The translations under genes and the position numbers were made by a program. Below are positions 28,366 through 37,837 of a stretch of 64,000 nt of DNA, in pieces. The notes below the pieces were generated by a model, which saw nothing but the letters and a program-made list of their open reading frames with translations, was not told the DNA's origin and searched no databases. Each line of letters opens with the position of its first letter. Positions within the stretch are counted from its first letter, which is position 1. This DNA comes from a virus. The DNA lies in IMG/VR virus record IMGVR_UViG_3300032323_000939, positions 1 to 64,000 of that record; one strand, given 5' to 3'.

Positions 28366-28943
28366 AGGCCATCTTCCTCAAACGGTGATATGTCCTTACT
28401 AGATTCATCCTGCTTAATTCGCTCAGTAATTTCTTCCTGAAGCACGTCCAATACCTGTGACGTTACGTAGTTAGCAAACGCCTCAATAAAACTGTGCATG
28501 TGGTCAAACATCTCATCCCGTATGTCATCGGTCGTATCTTCACGGTAATCCACCTCTATGACATCTAGTCCATCCGATATGTTCCAAGTCTCTAATCCAA
28601 AATCTTCCAGGGCGTGAAGAGCAATGTGAGCCTCAGTGCTCTCATCCCATACAAGAGCAAGTATGTCATTGGGGGTAATGTGTCTCATAATTTCTTTATT
28701 GGGATCAATACAGAAAGTTATATCGTCTGCCTTTACTACTTCTTCAATGGCTCCGTCTTCAGAAAAAAATAACTGAAAAGAAGATTCCTTTTCTAGAATT
28801 GCTTTGAGGGCGCTCTTTACAAACTTGCTGTTACTTATAACTGGTAACAACACTTCTGCATCTGGATACTTTTCTATTAATTCTAGAAGACCATCATAGA
28901 CATCTATGTTTTCTTGAAAACTTAAAACAGCAATCTGAGTCAC
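28362..28943 (-). CDS. Acidic hypothetical protein
   Basis: ORF track; SD AGGAG. Confidence 0.7.
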   Translation of the reverse strand: MTQIAVLSFQENIDVYDGLLELIEKYPDAEVLLPVISNSKFVKSALKAILEKESSFQLFFSEDGAIEEVVKADDITFCIDPNKEIMRHITPNDILALVWDESTEAHIALHALEDFGLETWNISDGLDVIEVDYREDTTDDIRDEMFDHMHSFIEAFANYVTSQVLDVLQEEITERIKQDESSKDISPFEEDGL

Positions 28944-28951
28944 TATGCTCC

Positions 28952-29227
28952 TTATATTAGTCTTGGAAGTCTCGGCGCCTGTACAACCTGTGGCTTATTT
29001 AACCACATCCCAATTACAAGTGAGACAAATGTTGCGGCAGGAACTAGTACAAAGAAATCATAACTTAGTTCTAATTGAACAATCATTCCGCCAAAACTAA
29101 GTGGAAGTGCTAAGTATTTGTTTAGAGTTGGTTTAGTTAAAAACTCTGAAATAAATAAATCTAAGAATTCAATTACGTAGGTAACTGCAAGTCCTGTGAG
29201 TAGTACGGATATTAGTAGGTCAGTCAT
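28952..29227 (-). CDS. Small membrane protein (3 hydrophobic segments; holin candidate)
   Basis: Hydrophobicity; lies at end of tail module. Confidence 0.5.
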   Translation of the reverse strand: MTDLLISVLLTGLAVTYVIEFLDLFISEFLTKPTLNKYLALPLSFGGMIVQLELSYDFFVLVPAATFVSLVIGMWLNKPQVVQAPRLPRLI

Positions 29228-29237
29228 GGACCGCATA

Positions 29238-31178
29238 CTACACGGTTAAGTTGGTGTACTCCACTCCCTCATAACTACGGAGCCTCCAGAAGGCATTCAT
29301 AGGCATCCAATCAATTAAGGTTTTTGCCAATCTATCGACCTTTTGTGGCTTATTAGGGTATAGGTGACTGTACGAGTTATCTTCAGTTCCTTCCCATACA
29401 GCACCAAACTCTACAGGTAGGGAGCCGTCAAAGTAATCTGATGCAATAGGGCTCTTCTCAAACTGTATGCAGTCTAAGTAAAAGTCTCCAGCGCCACCAG
29501 AAAACACTATCTCATAAGTAGCCACTGTAGACAAGGTGGCATCCACTAAGTCAGTCGCAGTAAATCGAGACCAGTTACTTATGGTTCCTAATGGATAGAC
29601 ATCTTCATCTTCAACAATGTCGCCTTCGCTATCTCTTCCAATAAAAGTTACTGTTAAATTACTAGTTGTCTTTGCTAATCCAGATGCCGTATAAAAAGTT
29701 CCTACTGTAATTGGCATTCGATTAGAGGTTAATGTCCAAGAACCTGTCGCTGTTATTAAGCCACTTCTTGAACCAGAGAACGCTAAATTAGATACGTCGA
29801 CATTTCGGGCAATTGTTGCAGATCCACTTAGTGTCCAATTGTCTGTTGCATTAACTTCAAAAGATGGATTTTTAATTAAATTTGTTTTTGTTGGATTTAA
29901 AAATATGTCTACAGAACGAGCCTCATCATAAGCAACTGTGTCTCCTTCTTGCATACAGACCTGATCTATGTAGTATGTTCCAGCAGCACTGTAGGCAACA
30001 GTTATGACTGCGTAAGAAGAGTCCTCGTCAGATGTAGCAGTTACACTAGATGATTTCCAAGTGTTGTTAGCGGCTACAGCAGTTGCAGATGTTGCAGTAG
30101 ATGTCGCTGCTCCATCTTTATCGTAGAACCTTACTGAGAGAGTGATGTTTCCAGCACTTGCTGGTGACTTTAATTTACAAGACACTATGTACTCAGTGTC
30201 TGGCGCTACTGGGACACCCTTAGTAATCGGGTTGTCTAATCCAAGAGTCATACTTCCAGATCCTGAAGCAACAACTTTTCCAGTTCTTACTGTATCTATT
30301 TGATTTGTTGCAGAGTCTGGCACCTGCTCAGTTGAAGAGGTAAGTACACCACTTGTTGCAACCCAGTTACCTATTCCTCCATAGAAGGTAGAGTCTTGAA
30401 CTGATAGGAGTAAGTTATCTGACACAGTTATTGTTGGTTCAAAACCAGTAAGTGATTCTACATATGTTTCAATTCCTAGTTTCGTACCTTTACGTGAATA
30501 CATATACAAGGCTTCACGAATTAATCTTTTTCTATTTTTAGTTGGAAGAGATGGCTCTTGAATTAACCCAAAGTTAGATGCCTCTATAGGAAGTAGTTGA
30601 AGAGGGGTCTCTAAGCCAGTATGACGAGGTCGCAACAGATCTAAGAAGGTCAATGACTCCTCAAATGTAAACATTAACCCATCTATAAATTTATATAGAT
30701 CAGAGTTGGTATTTACTGCTCCTAGGGGGGTTTGCTCAGCACTCGTAAATACCCGTGGTAACGTATTCATAAATTTAAGTTGAGCATTATGGTCAGATGG
30801 AATAGTTACATTTATTGATCCAGCAACCCTCCACACATTCTGATCTGTAAATAAAAAGAAGCGGTAATAAGTTTGACGTCCAGAAACAAATGGGACATCA
30901 TTTGGGTTGTCTTCTCCATCAATAAAGTAAGATCTAGAAACAGTTCCTTCTGTAGCGTACTCATCAAAAATTATTACGCCATCTTCTGCTGTCTCAGGAT
31001 AACCCGCTTGATTCCTTACAAGTCTTACTCTAGAAAATTCTCCTCTTGGTGTTTGCCAAGACACTTTAACTTTTGTAAAAGTAAGTACCAATGCAGACAT
31101 TGGTTCAACTGAAAAGGCAAGTTTTGCAAATGCACCATACTTAGATGCACCATAGTAATTTACGCCATATCTAGCCAC
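29238..31178 (-). CDS. Baseplate wedge/tail protein (P2 gpI-like) with CBM-like domains
   Basis: LYMYSRKGTKLGI motif; NLIKNPSFE; YFDG. Confidence 0.75.
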   Translation of the reverse strand: MARYGVNYYGASKYGAFAKLAFSVEPMSALVLTFTKVKVSWQTPRGEFSRVRLVRNQAGYPETAEDGVIIFDEYATEGTVSRSYFIDGEDNPNDVPFVSGRQTYYRFFLFTDQNVWRVAGSINVTIPSDHNAQLKFMNTLPRVFTSAEQTPLGAVNTNSDLYKFIDGLMFTFEESLTFLDLLRPRHTGLETPLQLLPIEASNFGLIQEPSLPTKNRKRLIREALYMYSRKGTKLGIETYVESLTGFEPTITVSDNLLLSVQDSTFYGGIGNWVATSGVLTSSTEQVPDSATNQIDTVRTGKVVASGSGSMTLGLDNPITKGVPVAPDTEYIVSCKLKSPASAGNITLSVRFYDKDGAATSTATSATAVAANNTWKSSSVTATSDEDSSYAVITVAYSAAGTYYIDQVCMQEGDTVAYDEARSVDIFLNPTKTNLIKNPSFEVNATDNWTLSGSATIARNVDVSNLAFSGSRSGLITATGSWTLTSNRMPITVGTFYTASGLAKTTSNLTVTFIGRDSEGDIVEDEDVYPLGTISNWSRFTATDLVDATLSTVATYEIVFSGGAGDFYLDCIQFEKSPIASDYFDGSLPVEFGAVWEGTEDNSYSHLYPNKPQKVDRLAKTLIDWMPMNAFWRLRSYEGVEYTNLTV

Positions 31179-31192
31179 AGATTAATTGCTCC

Positions 31193-31579
31193 TTATGCCG
31201 TTAGGTCGCCAGATAGTAACCATTCGTTTGCTGCAATCTTTATTAGACGTGCCTCTGAATACTGACCATTAGTAATGGTATTACCAGACTTTGAACGCAG
31301 AGTTACACCTACAGCCCCAGAAACGGTAACCGCTCCAGTTCCTTTTTGAACAATTAAAATGGTTTGACCTATTACAAAATTGTAAGTTGACTCTGCAGGA
31401 ATAACTAGGCTCATTGCAGAACTACTGTTCATAACTAATGCTTTACCAGCATCAGTTGACAAGATGGTGTAAGGAGTTGTAGTTACATTTCCCACAGTTC
31501 TTTGAAACGGGTCAGCAACCGCAACTGCTAAATCTACCCATTCTGAGCCAGTGTAAACTTGTGCTGACTTGTAGGTCAT
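31193..31579 (-). CDS. Tail fibre-associated small protein
   Basis: YTILSTDAGK...QKGTGAV...EWLLSGDL domain. Confidence 0.65.
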   Translation of the reverse strand: MTYKSAQVYTGSEWVDLAVAVADPFQRTVGNVTTTPYTILSTDAGKALVMNSSSAMSLVIPAESTYNFVIGQTILIVQKGTGAVTVSGAVGVTLRSKSGNTITNGQYSEARLIKIAANEWLLSGDLTA

Positions 31580-32229
31580 ACTGCGCCTCCCATAAGAATT
31601 AATATTGGGTCTACCTCTGGAACGTAAGGACTTACCCAAGCAGTATCATAATCACTGCTAGAACTCTTTGCTAGTAATTGACCAGATTCTCCACCTGATG
31701 GAAGACCTGATGAAGTTGTTAGTTGTGCGACATTTGATGTTGAATCAACCCAGATAGTTCCTGCTGGAACAGACGATGGTTGAGATGATGCGTAAACAAT
31801 TGGAACTAATTTCTTATCACTTGTGTAGATTTCGCCAGCAGCATCTACCTTGGATATTACAGTTCCTGCTGAAGTTTGAAATTCAACTAGGTTTGCTGTT
31901 TGACTAGATGCGCCCTTTACAATTAATCCCTTTATTGCGGCGCCAGAGGCCACAATACTTGAGCCACCACTGCGTGACACATAGTCATCATAGACATCTT
32001 TAATGCCATACTCCATATTTGCAAGACGATCTTTTAAGGTGTTCCAGTTTGTAGTGACTACATCAAAAACACCAACCCAACCAGAGCCAGTCTTGATAAA
32101 TGTTCCTAGGTTTGCCTGTAAGGAGTTAACCTCTTCTTGAAGGCTATTTACGTGTTCGGCAAGTACAGTGTCAGTAAAGTCGACCTTTGTAGTAAAGGAC
32201 TTTACCGATGCGGGATATGATGCTGTCAC
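31576..32229 (-). CDS. Tail fibre/baseplate-attached protein
   Basis: AEHVNSLQEEV; GLPSGG..GQLLAK.S..DYDT.W. Confidence 0.65.
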   Translation of the reverse strand: MTASYPASVKSFTTKVDFTDTVLAEHVNSLQEEVNSLQANLGTFIKTGSGWVGVFDVVTTNWNTLKDRLANMEYGIKDVYDDYVSRSGGSSIVASGAAIKGLIVKGASSQTANLVEFQTSAGTVISKVDAAGEIYTSDKKLVPIVYASSQPSSVPAGTIWVDSTSNVAQLTTSSGLPSGGESGQLLAKSSSSDYDTAWVSPYVPEVDPILILMGGAV

Positions 32230-32294
32230 TTAACTTCCTCTCAGACCTATCGGTCTATTTTCTCTTGTTTGCCCCTTATTTACTTCCTGAACTC

Positions 32295-32996
32295 CTATGC
32301 GATCTGATTAACCGTCAAAATAATAGATGGGATTCCTGGTCTAGTTGGGCTAGTTTGAGCGCCCTCTGCGTAAAGTCTCATGTCTGTATCTGCGGAGGAC
32401 CAGTTTATTTGAAAATAATCTTTAGCCTTTGCCTTAACGAACCAGTTCCAAGCAGCAACCATTTTCATATTGTTTTTATCAAGTTCAATTCTAGTATTTG
32501 AATTTGGAACATTTGTTCCATTTTTAGAGATCCAAACATCAGCATTGTCATTTCCAGAGTCGGTCTTATCAAATTGAGCAGAAAATTGAATGTTATAGGT
32601 TCCAGAAAATTCAAGAGTTATTCTTGAAGAACTAACTATAGAGACACCCTGGGTTATATCAGTGTTGTTAAATGTCATTATATTTCTAGAGGTAGCACCA
32701 GCGTTAGTCTGTATCTGTGTGCTGTAAAAAGAACCATGAGAAAACATTCCTTGAGGAGTGCCACCAAATTCCCCAATCCATACTGGATAATCTGGGTCCC
32801 CACCAATATAAAATACGTAGACTCCAGAACCTACTTTTGGCGGTCTTTTTGTAGAGAGTACAGGCCAAATCCAATCAGTTGTTTCTGTATCAGTAATTTG
32901 ATTTATAGAAACTTTAATTCTACGTAAATTTTGTGGGTCTTTTATGTTTTTTACAACAGCCCTATAAATTCCGTAATAACGTTTTACGGGGTCCAT
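32295..32996 (-). CDS. Baseplate spike (gpV/gp5 OB domain) with C1q-like C-terminal domain
   Basis: YGIYRAVV...DP..LRRIKV...P.VG.GV.V.YIGGDPDYPVWIG; GTYNIQFSAQF. Confidence 0.75.
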   Translation of the reverse strand: MDPVKRYYGIYRAVVKNIKDPQNLRRIKVSINQITDTETTDWIWPVLSTKRPPKVGSGVYVFYIGGDPDYPVWIGEFGGTPQGMFSHGSFYSTQIQTNAGATSRNIMTFNNTDITQGVSIVSSSRITLEFSGTYNIQFSAQFDKTDSGNDNADVWISKNGTNVPNSNTRIELDKNNMKMVAAWNWFVKAKAKDYFQINWSSADTDMRLYAEGAQTSPTRPGIPSIILTVNQIA

Positions 32997-34552
32997 TACG
33001 CCTCACTAAGGTTTATGTTCTCTTCTTTAATGCGGAAAATTTCTCCAGCACTTCCAGTTAGAGTTGTAAGCCCACTGTCACCCTCTTCATGCAAGGCAGT
33101 AACATTAACGGTTTTTACTCCTGGTGCCTGTTGAAGAACAAACTCAATATCTACTGGATAGATTGTGTCTTGAAATTGCATTCCGTTATATCCAAATCCA
33201 GTAAGCAATGCTATTTTTAAGTTTTCCTCAACTTCAGCAACTGTGTACTGATCTAATTTTACGTATGAAAAAGTAATTACAACATCTACATAGGTAGGTG
33301 GTTGAATGGTAACTGTTGTTCCAATTAAAACCTTATCAGACAGTGTTTCCTCTACTTCTTCTTTTATTCTTTCATATTCAGCGGTAGGGTCTCCATTATC
33401 ATCTAACCCAGGAGCCAGGTCGGTATCTAACGCAGTCCTACTTGGGGCAATATAGACAGTAACTGATGTCCAGACAGCCGCTGTCGCATTTGCTTTCCCT
33501 ACCCCACTTGCTGATAGAGATAGATCTGAAAAATCTTTTAATGTTACCGCTCTATTTCCAGAGCGCAAAGAGGCAGGAGCAGCAATTCTAATTTGTTGAT
33601 CGCTCTCTGGATCAGATCCTCCAACACCAGTTGTAGCATTTGTAACTGTTACAGAACCTTGTAATGCTGTAAGTTGTGCCTCTGATAGCCCGTCAACATA
33701 GGTAATAGTATCTATGACACTTGCTACAATATTTCCAACAGTTCCTCCACCAATAATATATTTTGCTCTTATCTCTGAGAATGAAGTTGGAATAACTCCA
33801 GATACTCCATCACCAAAATTTATTGTGACGACGTTGTTTTCATCAACAAAGACCGTGTACACAAGATCAGTTGAACTGTAATCAATTAGATGCTGTACCT
33901 CAGTCCACTTAGAGTATATGTCGCCATCTTGAATGTAGATCTCAATTGATCCGTCTACCACTGGGGTTTCCCCTAATTCAAAAGACATATTAGGAGAACC
34001 ATTAGATGTGCCAATTAACTCTCCGTATGCATTTGTTCCCTCAGCAATTAGTGTCACTGATTGTCCATGAGAAGCACTGACCGTGTCTTCTCCAGGAACC
34101 TCATCTACAGCAGCAGGAATAGTTGCTTCTACGTTAGTTGTAAAGTAAAGGGTTTCAACAGTGTCGGCAGTCCTGACATCTCCAGCCACAACACTGCCTG
34201 CAGGTATTGTTACGGTTGCGTCAGATGCGTTAAAGAAAGTTACATCAACTGTTGCTTGTCTATAGCCAGCAGGAACATATCCATATGTCTGGGCAATATT
34301 TAAAAGGCTGTCTCTTTGCGTAGCGGTTTCAATAAACGCTTCATTTGCTGTTCTATCAATATAGAAAGAAACCATGTCTCCTAGATATGCAAACGCTTCA
34401 ACTAGAGCAACACCAAAGTCTGCTGGATCTGCTGCTGTCCAGTTTGGTACTCTCTCTTGGATACGAGTAATTAAGACCTCACGTAAAGAGTAATAATCTC
34501 TTCCTGTGTAATCAATAGAGATAGGGATATTTGATACAGGCGTTACTGTCAT
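32996..34552 (-). CDS. Baseplate J-like protein
   Basis: DYTGRDY, DFGVALVE, FGDG, GGSDPES, RAVTLKDF. Confidence 0.9.
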   Translation of the reverse strand: MTVTPVSNIPISIDYTGRDYYSLREVLITRIQERVPNWTAADPADFGVALVEAFAYLGDMVSFYIDRTANEAFIETATQRDSLLNIAQTYGYVPAGYRQATVDVTFFNASDATVTIPAGSVVAGDVRTADTVETLYFTTNVEATIPAAVDEVPGEDTVSASHGQSVTLIAEGTNAYGELIGTSNGSPNMSFELGETPVVDGSIEIYIQDGDIYSKWTEVQHLIDYSSTDLVYTVFVDENNVVTINFGDGVSGVIPTSFSEIRAKYIIGGGTVGNIVASVIDTITYVDGLSEAQLTALQGSVTVTNATTGVGGSDPESDQQIRIAAPASLRSGNRAVTLKDFSDLSLSASGVGKANATAAVWTSVTVYIAPSRTALDTDLAPGLDDNGDPTAEYERIKEEVEETLSDKVLIGTTVTIQPPTYVDVVITFSYVKLDQYTVAEVEENLKIALLTGFGYNGMQFQDTIYPVDIEFVLQQAPGVKTVNVTALHEEGDSGLTTLTGSAGEIFRIKEENINLSEA

Positions 34553-34950
34553 AACAACTCCTCATAAATTGGTTTAGCACCGTCAATAAGAACCAAACCA
34601 ACTATGGTGCTAACTACTTCGTTGTTTGGCAATCCGTATACGACCTCTATGTTCAAAACATTAGTGTACTCATCTGACGTTACATTAACTTTTTCTAGAG
34701 TAAGGAGTTGAAGTTGCTCTCCAAATGCCTTGTTAACTTCAGCCCTAATTTCTGCAACCGCAGACTCCTCAGAGTTAAATAGTGAGAATGGAATAATTGT
34801 GCCTAGAGTTGGGCGCATTACTCTCTCTCTTAAAGTTGTGCCTAAAACAGAACGAACTCTGTCAGCCCACAACTTAGATTGCTCTGTAGTAACTCCAACA
34901 GATCCATATGGATCAATAGAGAAAGGTAATGAGATAGAGGCTTCAGCCAT
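34549..34950 (-). CDS. gp25/GPW-like baseplate wedge protein
   Basis: LGTTLRERVMRPTLG. Confidence 0.85.
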   Translation of the reverse strand: MAEASISLPFSIDPYGSVGVTTEQSKLWADRVRSVLGTTLRERVMRPTLGTIIPFSLFNSEESAVAEIRAEVNKAFGEQLQLLTLEKVNVTSDEYTNVLNIEVVYGLPNNEVVSTIVGLVLIDGAKPIYEELL

Positions 34951-36206
34951 TATTTACCCTTCCATGTTCTTGGTGTTACTTTATACCCAACAATATTTTG
35001 ACTAACAATAGTTGTAGGAGCACTTAGTTTAGTCGAGGTTGGCTTCCTTTTGTTGGCGGTAACTAACTCTTTCTTTACATTCCTAACAGGAATTGAGCCA
35101 GCGGTTGAGGGCCTGTACGCACTCGGCTTATTTTTTCCAACGCCATCTGTTGCACAGGTAAATTCCACCTGATATCTACCATCAATATGGAGGAAGTGTT
35201 CAACTTGCTTTATAATCCAAAAGCCATCACTTGTATCTCCAGTGCCTCTAACCTCAATAGTTCTCCAAGGAGCAATTCTTGGGTCTCCTTGTCCAATTCC
35301 CTTTGCTGGTATAGATAGCCTTGCCATCTGTGCTCTCGCTTCAGATAGATACTTAGACATATCCTTACTTGCAATAACTGTAGATGTTTCAATACTAGAA
35401 AATAATGGTGCCTTTGTATTTTCTCTGAAGTTCTTTCCCACCGTATTAGGAGAAGAACTAGATTTATAGACTTTTCCAGAGATTGGGTCTACACCTCCAA
35501 CAGTATTACCTGTTCTAGAGTAGTCATTGGTCTCAATATAGTCTCCAATTTTAGGCTCAAACATATCTAGGGTTGGTGCATTGTAGACGCTCATAGGACT
35601 CTGTAGTGGGTTCTTAAAAGACATTACTGGGATAGTTGTCATAAATAAATTTACCATTTCATCTATTGGATGAAAGTGAAGTTCAGTTCCTATTACTTGA
35701 ACACCGTATCCGATGCGATTGGCTAACTCATTTAACTTTTCCCAATATGAATGACCAGCCAATGATTGTTGAGTAAACCGTATTGGACTAGGTGTTACGA
35801 ACGGCTTTAGTTTTACTCTTTTAGCAATGTCTAATGCAATATCAGATGCGGTTTTATTTATCCAGATCTTAGAGGTTCTTTCTTTTAAGGGATATGAAGC
35901 ACCAATAACCGTAACCTTGATTCCCCGCTCAATCTTTTGAACTGTTGGATAAGAAACATCAACAGCATACCCATAAAACTTCTCAGACATTTTGTCATTA
36001 CTCCAAAGAATTTCTACAGGAACTCCTGTTTTCAAACCTCTAATGATGGCTGAACTAATTCTTGAATAGTATAATTCAACTATATCGTGTTTCCCTATTT
36101 CTTGATTTATAGTAATACTACGGACAGGTAGGTTTACTCCAGGAAAATCTGGATAAGTTACTTTAAAAGAACTTCCAAATCTATTTTGACGTAAAGGATC
36201 ACGCAT
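34950..36206 (-). CDS. Baseplate hub (gpD/gp27-like)
   Basis: WEKLNELANRIGY; GDPRI...GFWIIKQVEH; synteny. Confidence 0.8.
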   Translation of the reverse strand: MRDPLRQNRFGSSFKVTYPDFPGVNLPVRSITINQEIGKHDIVELYYSRISSAIIRGLKTGVPVEILWSNDKMSEKFYGYAVDVSYPTVQKIERGIKVTVIGASYPLKERTSKIWINKTASDIALDIAKRVKLKPFVTPSPIRFTQQSLAGHSYWEKLNELANRIGYGVQVIGTELHFHPIDEMVNLFMTTIPVMSFKNPLQSPMSVYNAPTLDMFEPKIGDYIETNDYSRTGNTVGGVDPISGKVYKSSSSPNTVGKNFRENTKAPLFSSIETSTVIASKDMSKYLSEARAQMARLSIPAKGIGQGDPRIAPWRTIEVRGTGDTSDGFWIIKQVEHFLHIDGRYQVEFTCATDGVGKNKPSAYRPSTAGSIPVRNVKKELVTANKRKPTSTKLSAPTTIVSQNIVGYKVTPRTWKGK

Positions 36207-36474
36207 CTGGAATTCTTAACTGTGTGCCAGCAGGAATACTGGTTGGATCTAGTATCTCTGGATTAATGTCTAATATTTCCCACCACATCGACGGATCACC
36301 CAGGTATCTTGATGCTAGGTTATCTAGCCGATCTGTTTCTGTAAATTCATATATAAAGAAAGACTGGACATAAGTTGGTTGCTCTCTAAATACGGATAAG
36401 TCATACTGTCTTTTACGAGCATTCCACGCCTTAAAGATACGGCCATCTGCATAACGACTGTCTAAAAATATCAT
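36199..36474 (-). CDS. LysM/tail-X baseplate protein
   Basis: DRLDNLASRYLGDP..WW.I.DINP...GTQLRIP. Confidence 0.85.
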   Translation of the reverse strand: MIFLDSRYADGRIFKAWNARKRQYDLSVFREQPTYVQSFFIYEFTETDRLDNLASRYLGDPSMWWEILDINPEILDPTSIPAGTQLRIPDA

Positions 36475-36481
36475 TGTCTAG

Positions 36482-37837
36482 TTACTCCTCTGTCGCTGAA
36501 TCGTAGAATCGGTGGCACGTTATATCCACAGAAGAAATAATTGGAACCATTCTGTCGTTGAATATTAAGTGCTTAACTTCTAAAGAACCAATTCTTACTA
36601 AGTATCTAAGGCCATCTCCTAAATGAAGTTCTATAGGCAATCCGTTTAACCAACCCTTATCTGCTGTCCTACCATTTAATCCAGAATCATATGTAGAGTT
36701 TAATCCCATAAGTGTTTTGAACAGGTACTCCATGTCGTACATGGTTCCTCTTCTATAGATTTCCTGTAAGTCACTAGTAGCAACAGTAAACGGATATGGG
36801 TCTTTAACTCCCGCTATTAACCCATTTGAGTTTAAGTAAGACATATCATTTGTTCTATTTAAAAGCACAGTAAAAGAGATAGTGCTGTTTAATAAACCTA
36901 AACTTACTGGAGTAGATTTGTCTAGTCCGCTTTGCACAACTTCCCAGTTAACACCAGTTGCAATACCCCAAGTCATACCAACTTCTTTAGGGTTGTATAA
37001 AAATTTAAAGCCGTATAACTGGTCATCGTAATCTGCTTGTCTTCCAGTAGTAGATCCGTACAAACTTGTTAAAAATGCTCTACTCATTTGAATAGTGCCT
37101 TTTGCGCCAGTAACTCCCTTCCAAGCATTTTCTGCTCTCTCGTAATTACCTGGATCAGAAATTGTTCTTAAAGTATTTTGTTGTTGTGGGCTTGCATTAA
37201 CTACAGATGTACCATCTGCATTGGTTACTGTAATGCCAGGAGTTAGATACGAAGTTCTAGTCATTGGAGCGTTGTACTTATATACAACTGGTGCAGGCGC
37301 AGCGTTCTTTACTACAGGTGAACCAGACGGCTTCTTTGTTGTTTTTTTAGTGGTTTTAGTTTCTTTACTAACCTTTACTTGATCTTTAGCATCTTTTGTA
37401 GCGCCCTCAATAATTGTTTTTTGAATTGATAGTCTTGTATTGTAAGCATTTGTGTATGCGGTAGTTAATGAGTTTACTTGAGCCTGTAATGGAGATACGT
37501 TTAATCCAAAATAAGCATTGATAGCGTTCTGTTCACCTACAGTAATGGTGGTGCCTCCAGGAGATCCTGGTTGTATAGCAGCAACCTTTAAATTATCAAG
37601 TTCTGTTTTTGCTGTTGCTAAAAGTTTTTCTGCAGAAAGTTTCTGTGCTTTAAAAGAGTTCTCAACTTGTACAATATACTGAAGTCGTTGCTGAGTTTTT
37701 GCTCGTGCCGCTGCGGCAGCCTTTACTTCTTTTTCTTTTGCTCTTGCATTTGCTTGAGCCTCAAGTTGAGCCGCATAGGCTGCGCCAATGTTTGCTGGTC
37801 TAGAAAATGCATTAGGATTTCCGTGTTCGCCAGCCAT
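36482..37837 (-). CDS. Tail tube initiator-like protein with N-terminal coiled coil
   Basis: GFKFLYNP...FNDRMVP; position after tape measure. Confidence 0.65.
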   Translation of the reverse strand: MAGEHGNPNAFSRPANIGAAYAAQLEAQANARAKEKEVKAAAAARAKTQQRLQYIVQVENSFKAQKLSAEKLLATAKTELDNLKVAAIQPGSPGGTTITVGEQNAINAYFGLNVSPLQAQVNSLTTAYTNAYNTRLSIQKTIIEGATKDAKDQVKVSKETKTTKKTTKKPSGSPVVKNAAPAPVVYKYNAPMTRTSYLTPGITVTNADGTSVVNASPQQQNTLRTISDPGNYERAENAWKGVTGAKGTIQMSRAFLTSLYGSTTGRQADYDDQLYGFKFLYNPKEVGMTWGIATGVNWEVVQSGLDKSTPVSLGLLNSTISFTVLLNRTNDMSYLNSNGLIAGVKDPYPFTVATSDLQEIYRRGTMYDMEYLFKTLMGLNSTYDSGLNGRTADKGWLNGLPIELHLGDGLRYLVRIGSLEVKHLIFNDRMVPIISSVDITCHRFYDSATEE

